Assembly (NCBI GenBank): GCA_049190315.1
Contig: JAIVWD010000004.1
Span: forward strand, 1 to 38,007
DNA: 38,007 nt
Direction of reading: 5' to 3'
Origin: Deltaproteobacteria bacterium
Lineage (GTDB): Bacteria; Desulfobacterota; Desulfobacteria; Desulfobacterales; ETH-SRB1
Both the position numbers and the translations under genes were made by a program. The notes below the pieces were generated by a model, which searched no databases, was not told where the DNA came from, and worked only from the letters and a program-made list of their open reading frames with translations. Shown piece after piece: positions 35,710-38,007 of this stretch (the first letter of the stretch is position 1; each line of letters opens with the position of its first letter).

Positions 35710-36237
35710 TTATCCCGACCTCTTTACCGGGCATTGTTTCAGTTTTTCATTCCAGGTTTGCTCATTGAATACAAGCGCTTCTTCAACATAATGGTTCTTC
35801 CATGCAGAATTGTCCGGTCCCAACAAACAGCTTGAGCGTTTCAGATCTTCCATTGATCTGAGCAGCAATGCCGGATCAAGGTTTCCAATGGCCAAAAGAA
35901 CGAGATACTTCATAGGCTTGGACGGGAGTTTCTTGCTCAAATGAAGATACAGAAAGCTGTCCTTGATCTTTGGGCCAAGTTCATTTGAAAAAATAGTTTC
36001 ATTATCTATCTTTGCAATGAATTTTTTCAATTCATTTCTTCTGATTTCAGAAGGTATCTTTGAGTTAGACGGGTCTTTCACTTCCACGAACCAAAACTCA
36101 TTATCCCATTCCACTATAAAGTCCACCGCTTTCATGCAGTGGGACAATTTGTGCGTATCCTTATCATCAAACTGATCTGACTTGATCGCAGCAGAAAAAT
36201 CAAATACAAGCTCACCCTCACTTAATACCTTACCCAT
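35710..36237 (-). CDS. Small PD-(D/E)xK-like putative nuclease, partner of the upstream ATPase
   Basis: About 175 aa from MGKVLSEGE. The candidate restriction-endonuclease-fold motif is KAVDFIVEWDNEFWFVEVKD (D...E-V-K). The start overlaps the ATPase stop by 8 nt. The gene ends 26 nt before the pglZ start. Confidence 0.55.
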   Translation of the reverse strand: MGKVLSEGELVFDFSAAIKSDQFDDKDTHKLSHCMKAVDFIVEWDNEFWFVEVKDPSNSKIPSEIRRNELKKFIAKIDNETIFSNELGPKIKDSFLYLHLSKKLPSKPMKYLVLLAIGNLDPALLLRSMEDLKRSSCLLGPDNSAWKNHYVEEALVFNEQTWNEKLKQCPVKRSG

Positions 36238-37234
36238 TGGCACCCCCCATCGCCCGGTCGATTTCAAGATTGTACATTCTTGCAAACTGGTCAGCAATTC
36301 TATTAGGAGATAGACCAGGGTAGGAATCTGATACAGCCAAATTGATTTCCCGGTTCTTGTCCATAAATAATGAATAAAACCGAAGAGAATGGTCCTTGCG
36401 TTGAAGATCAAACTCCTTTAGCAAAGCATAGCTGTGAGTCGCAATGAAGATTTGTACGCCCATTCTTTCCAGTTCCAGAAGAATCATTACAATCAAAGGG
36501 AGCATGGATGGATTAAGGTTAGCCTCTGGTTCGTCCCAGTAAAGGGTCGATCCTTTTTCTATGGATCCGTTTCTGATCAAAAGCCAGAGAAGAGCAAGCT
36601 TGCGCATACCTTCGGCCACAAGGGTAAACTCAATTTCACCAGTTTTGTTTTTTAAAAAGAATACTTCATTTTTTTCCAGAACTTTTCCCCCCATTGCTTT
36701 TTGCAGCGCCTTTAGAATCTTTTCCTTCTCAGAGCTTATGCTTTTAAGCGGTGGCAGGAGCGCCTTGTCGATGATGTCAGCATAAATCTCCTCGAAATGG
36801 ATTTCTCTTTCATTATAAAGCGACCTGAACCCAGGCGCATTGGCGAGCATCTCTTTGACAGGAATATACACCGATTTAGACGGCCGCATGTGCTCTGGTC
36901 CCAATTCCGTATGAAGCCCATTATCTTTGAGGGTACCTGTTAATAGTTCGCCATTTTTGGTAATAGATATCGAAAATTTCTCTTTCGACCCTTTTCCCCG
37001 CCGAACCAGCCGTTTCAATAAAAAACCTTGGGGTAAAAATACTCTCAACAGCTTATTTGCAAATTCCTTAAAAAGTCCCCTTTTGATTCCCGTTGCATGA
37101 AACGAATATAAAAGCTTTAACAAATGGGTTTTCCCCGTTCCGTTTTCCCCAATGAACAGATTAACCCCGGGCACAAAGTCAATTTCCAGCTCATCAAATA
37201 CAGTAAAATTTTTAATTTTAATTTTTTCAATCAT
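36230..37234 (-). CDS. ABC/SMC-like AAA ATPase (AAA_21/AAA_15-like)
   Basis: About 334 aa from MIEKIKIKNFTVFDELEIDF. Walker A is GENGTGKTHLL, a signature-like segment is VAEGMRKLALLW, Walker B is TLYWDEPEANL and the H-loop is IATHS. The start is set at Met23 because the upstream codons translate a REP. Confidence 0.8.
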   Translation of the reverse strand: MIEKIKIKNFTVFDELEIDFVPGVNLFIGENGTGKTHLLKLLYSFHATGIKRGLFKEFANKLLRVFLPQGFLLKRLVRRGKGSKEKFSISITKNGELLTGTLKDNGLHTELGPEHMRPSKSVYIPVKEMLANAPGFRSLYNEREIHFEEIYADIIDKALLPPLKSISSEKEKILKALQKAMGGKVLEKNEVFFLKNKTGEIEFTLVAEGMRKLALLWLLIRNGSIEKGSTLYWDEPEANLNPSMLPLIVMILLELERMGVQIFIATHSYALLKEFDLQRKDHSLRFYSLFMDKNREINLAVSDSYPGLSPNRIADQFARMYNLEIDRAMGGANG

Positions 37235-37250
37235 AATAGATTCCTCTATA

Positions 37251-37367
37251 GTAGGAGGGGTTTTAACCCCGAATATACGGGTGGTTTTAACCCCGACCAT
37301 ATATGGGTGAATTTACATCTGTTGGTGATCTGCCACAATAGGTCGCGGTTGAAACCGCTCCTACATC
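37251..37367. repeat. REP doublet (REPIN-like)
   Basis: gtaggaggggttttaaccccg... is inverted relative to ggtcgcggttgaaaccgctcctac. It is a direct copy of 37913-38005 with a 23-nt internal duplication. Confidence 0.75.
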
Positions 37368-37828
37368 CAAATGGCATCCCACAATGGATAATCATAAATA
37401 TTTTCAACCAACCCGGCCCTTAACGGATTGGCCACAATATATCGAGCGGTCTGGCGGATATCTTCTTCCTTTCGCAGAGCATGATCGTGAAAGGCTTTTT
37501 CCCATACAGAACCGCTACGTTTAACTGTTTGGTTGATCTTATGGGATGATCTACCTTTTAAAAGTTTTATCACCTGAGATAAATCTTCCTTTTCGGTTAA
37601 TCCGAATAGCCAGTGAAGGTGGTCGGGCATCAGCACCCACGCCAGAGAGTTTGCAATGCCATCATATTCCAATCGACGCATTTCCTTTACAACCAGCCGA
37701 CCGACAAACAGATCATTAAAAAAAGGCCGGCGGGCGTTGGTTACCGTGGTCACAAGATATATACGGTTGGGTTGGGACCATCGACCCTTGCGCAATGCTT
37801 TGTGACCCGGCGGTTTGTTTTTTTTCAT
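37361..37828 (-). CDS. REP-associated tyrosine transposase (RAYT, IS200/IS605 Y1 family)
   Basis: HUH motif PDHLHWLF and catalytic Tyr region TARYIVANPLRAG. It is flanked on both sides by REPs. The start is set at MKKNKPPG because the upstream codons (CRSGFNRD) translate a REP. Confidence 0.85.
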   Translation of the reverse strand: MKKNKPPGHKALRKGRWSQPNRIYLVTTVTNARRPFFNDLFVGRLVVKEMRRLEYDGIANSLAWVLMPDHLHWLFGLTEKEDLSQVIKLLKGRSSHKINQTVKRSGSVWEKAFHDHALRKEEDIRQTARYIVANPLRAGLVENIYDYPLWDAIWM

Positions 37829-37860
37829 GTAAACATAACCTGACTCAATTTTATTTCTGC

Positions 37861-37885
37861 CGTCGCGGTTGAAACCGCTCCTACA
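37861..37885. repeat. REP unit
   Basis: cgtcgcggttgaaaccgctcctaca has the same sequence and orientation as 37341-37365 and 37979-38003. Confidence 0.75.
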
Positions 37886-37912
37886 TTCAAATGGCATAGA
37901 TCTATTCTGCCT

Positions 37913-38005
37913 GTAGGAGGGGTTTTAACCCCGACCATATATGGGTGAATTTACATCTGTTGGTGATCTGCTACAATAGGTCGCGGTTGAAACCGCTCCT
38001 ACATT
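37913..38005. repeat. REP doublet (REPIN-like), second copy, cut by the window end
   Basis: gtaggaggggttttaaccccgaccatatatgggtgaatttacatctgttggtgatctgctacaataggtcgcggttgaaaccgctcctacat is nearly identical to 37251-37367. Confidence 0.75.
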
Positions 38006-38007
38006 AT

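Overview
This is a 38 kb chromosomal segment, about 40% GC by eye. Gene content, multihaem cytochromes and the tmRNA tag ADDYNYALAA suggest a Desulfobacterota-like genome, but that is inference only.

Most of the window is a minus-strand housekeeping backbone: ptsH-ptsI-smpB-ssrA, a DegT-type aminotransferase, manC, dnaE, guaB, sppA, rpsA and thrS. On the plus strand it also carries tsaC and rnd.

Five accessory features stand out:
1. An excisionase/tyrosine-integrase pair abuts the 3' end of the tmRNA gene. The window therefore starts inside an ssrA-targeted integrative element.
2. An accessory islet at 18.1-22.9 kb holds four proteins of unknown function, an IS transposase remnant and several inverted repeats.
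3. A periplasmic cytochrome reading frame is interrupted by a single in-frame TGA followed by a SECIS-like hairpin. This is a candidate selenocysteine-containing 11-haem cytochrome c, and it sits next to a rhodanese lipoprotein.
4. The 3' half of a type 1 BREX locus (pglZ-brxL) is preceded by a translationally coupled ABC-type ATPase and small PD-(D/E)xK-like protein. This cassette is the best candidate for an undescribed defence module. A LOG/SLOG-like gene lies convergent to brxL.
5. A REP-associated tyrosine transposase (RAYT) flanked by REP doublets lies directly upstream of that cassette.

Nearly every intergenic region is filled with nested palindromic repeats. I distinguish at least four families: two MITE-like families, heptamer-armed palindromes, and REP/REPIN elements. 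No CRISPR array, rRNA or tRNA was seen.
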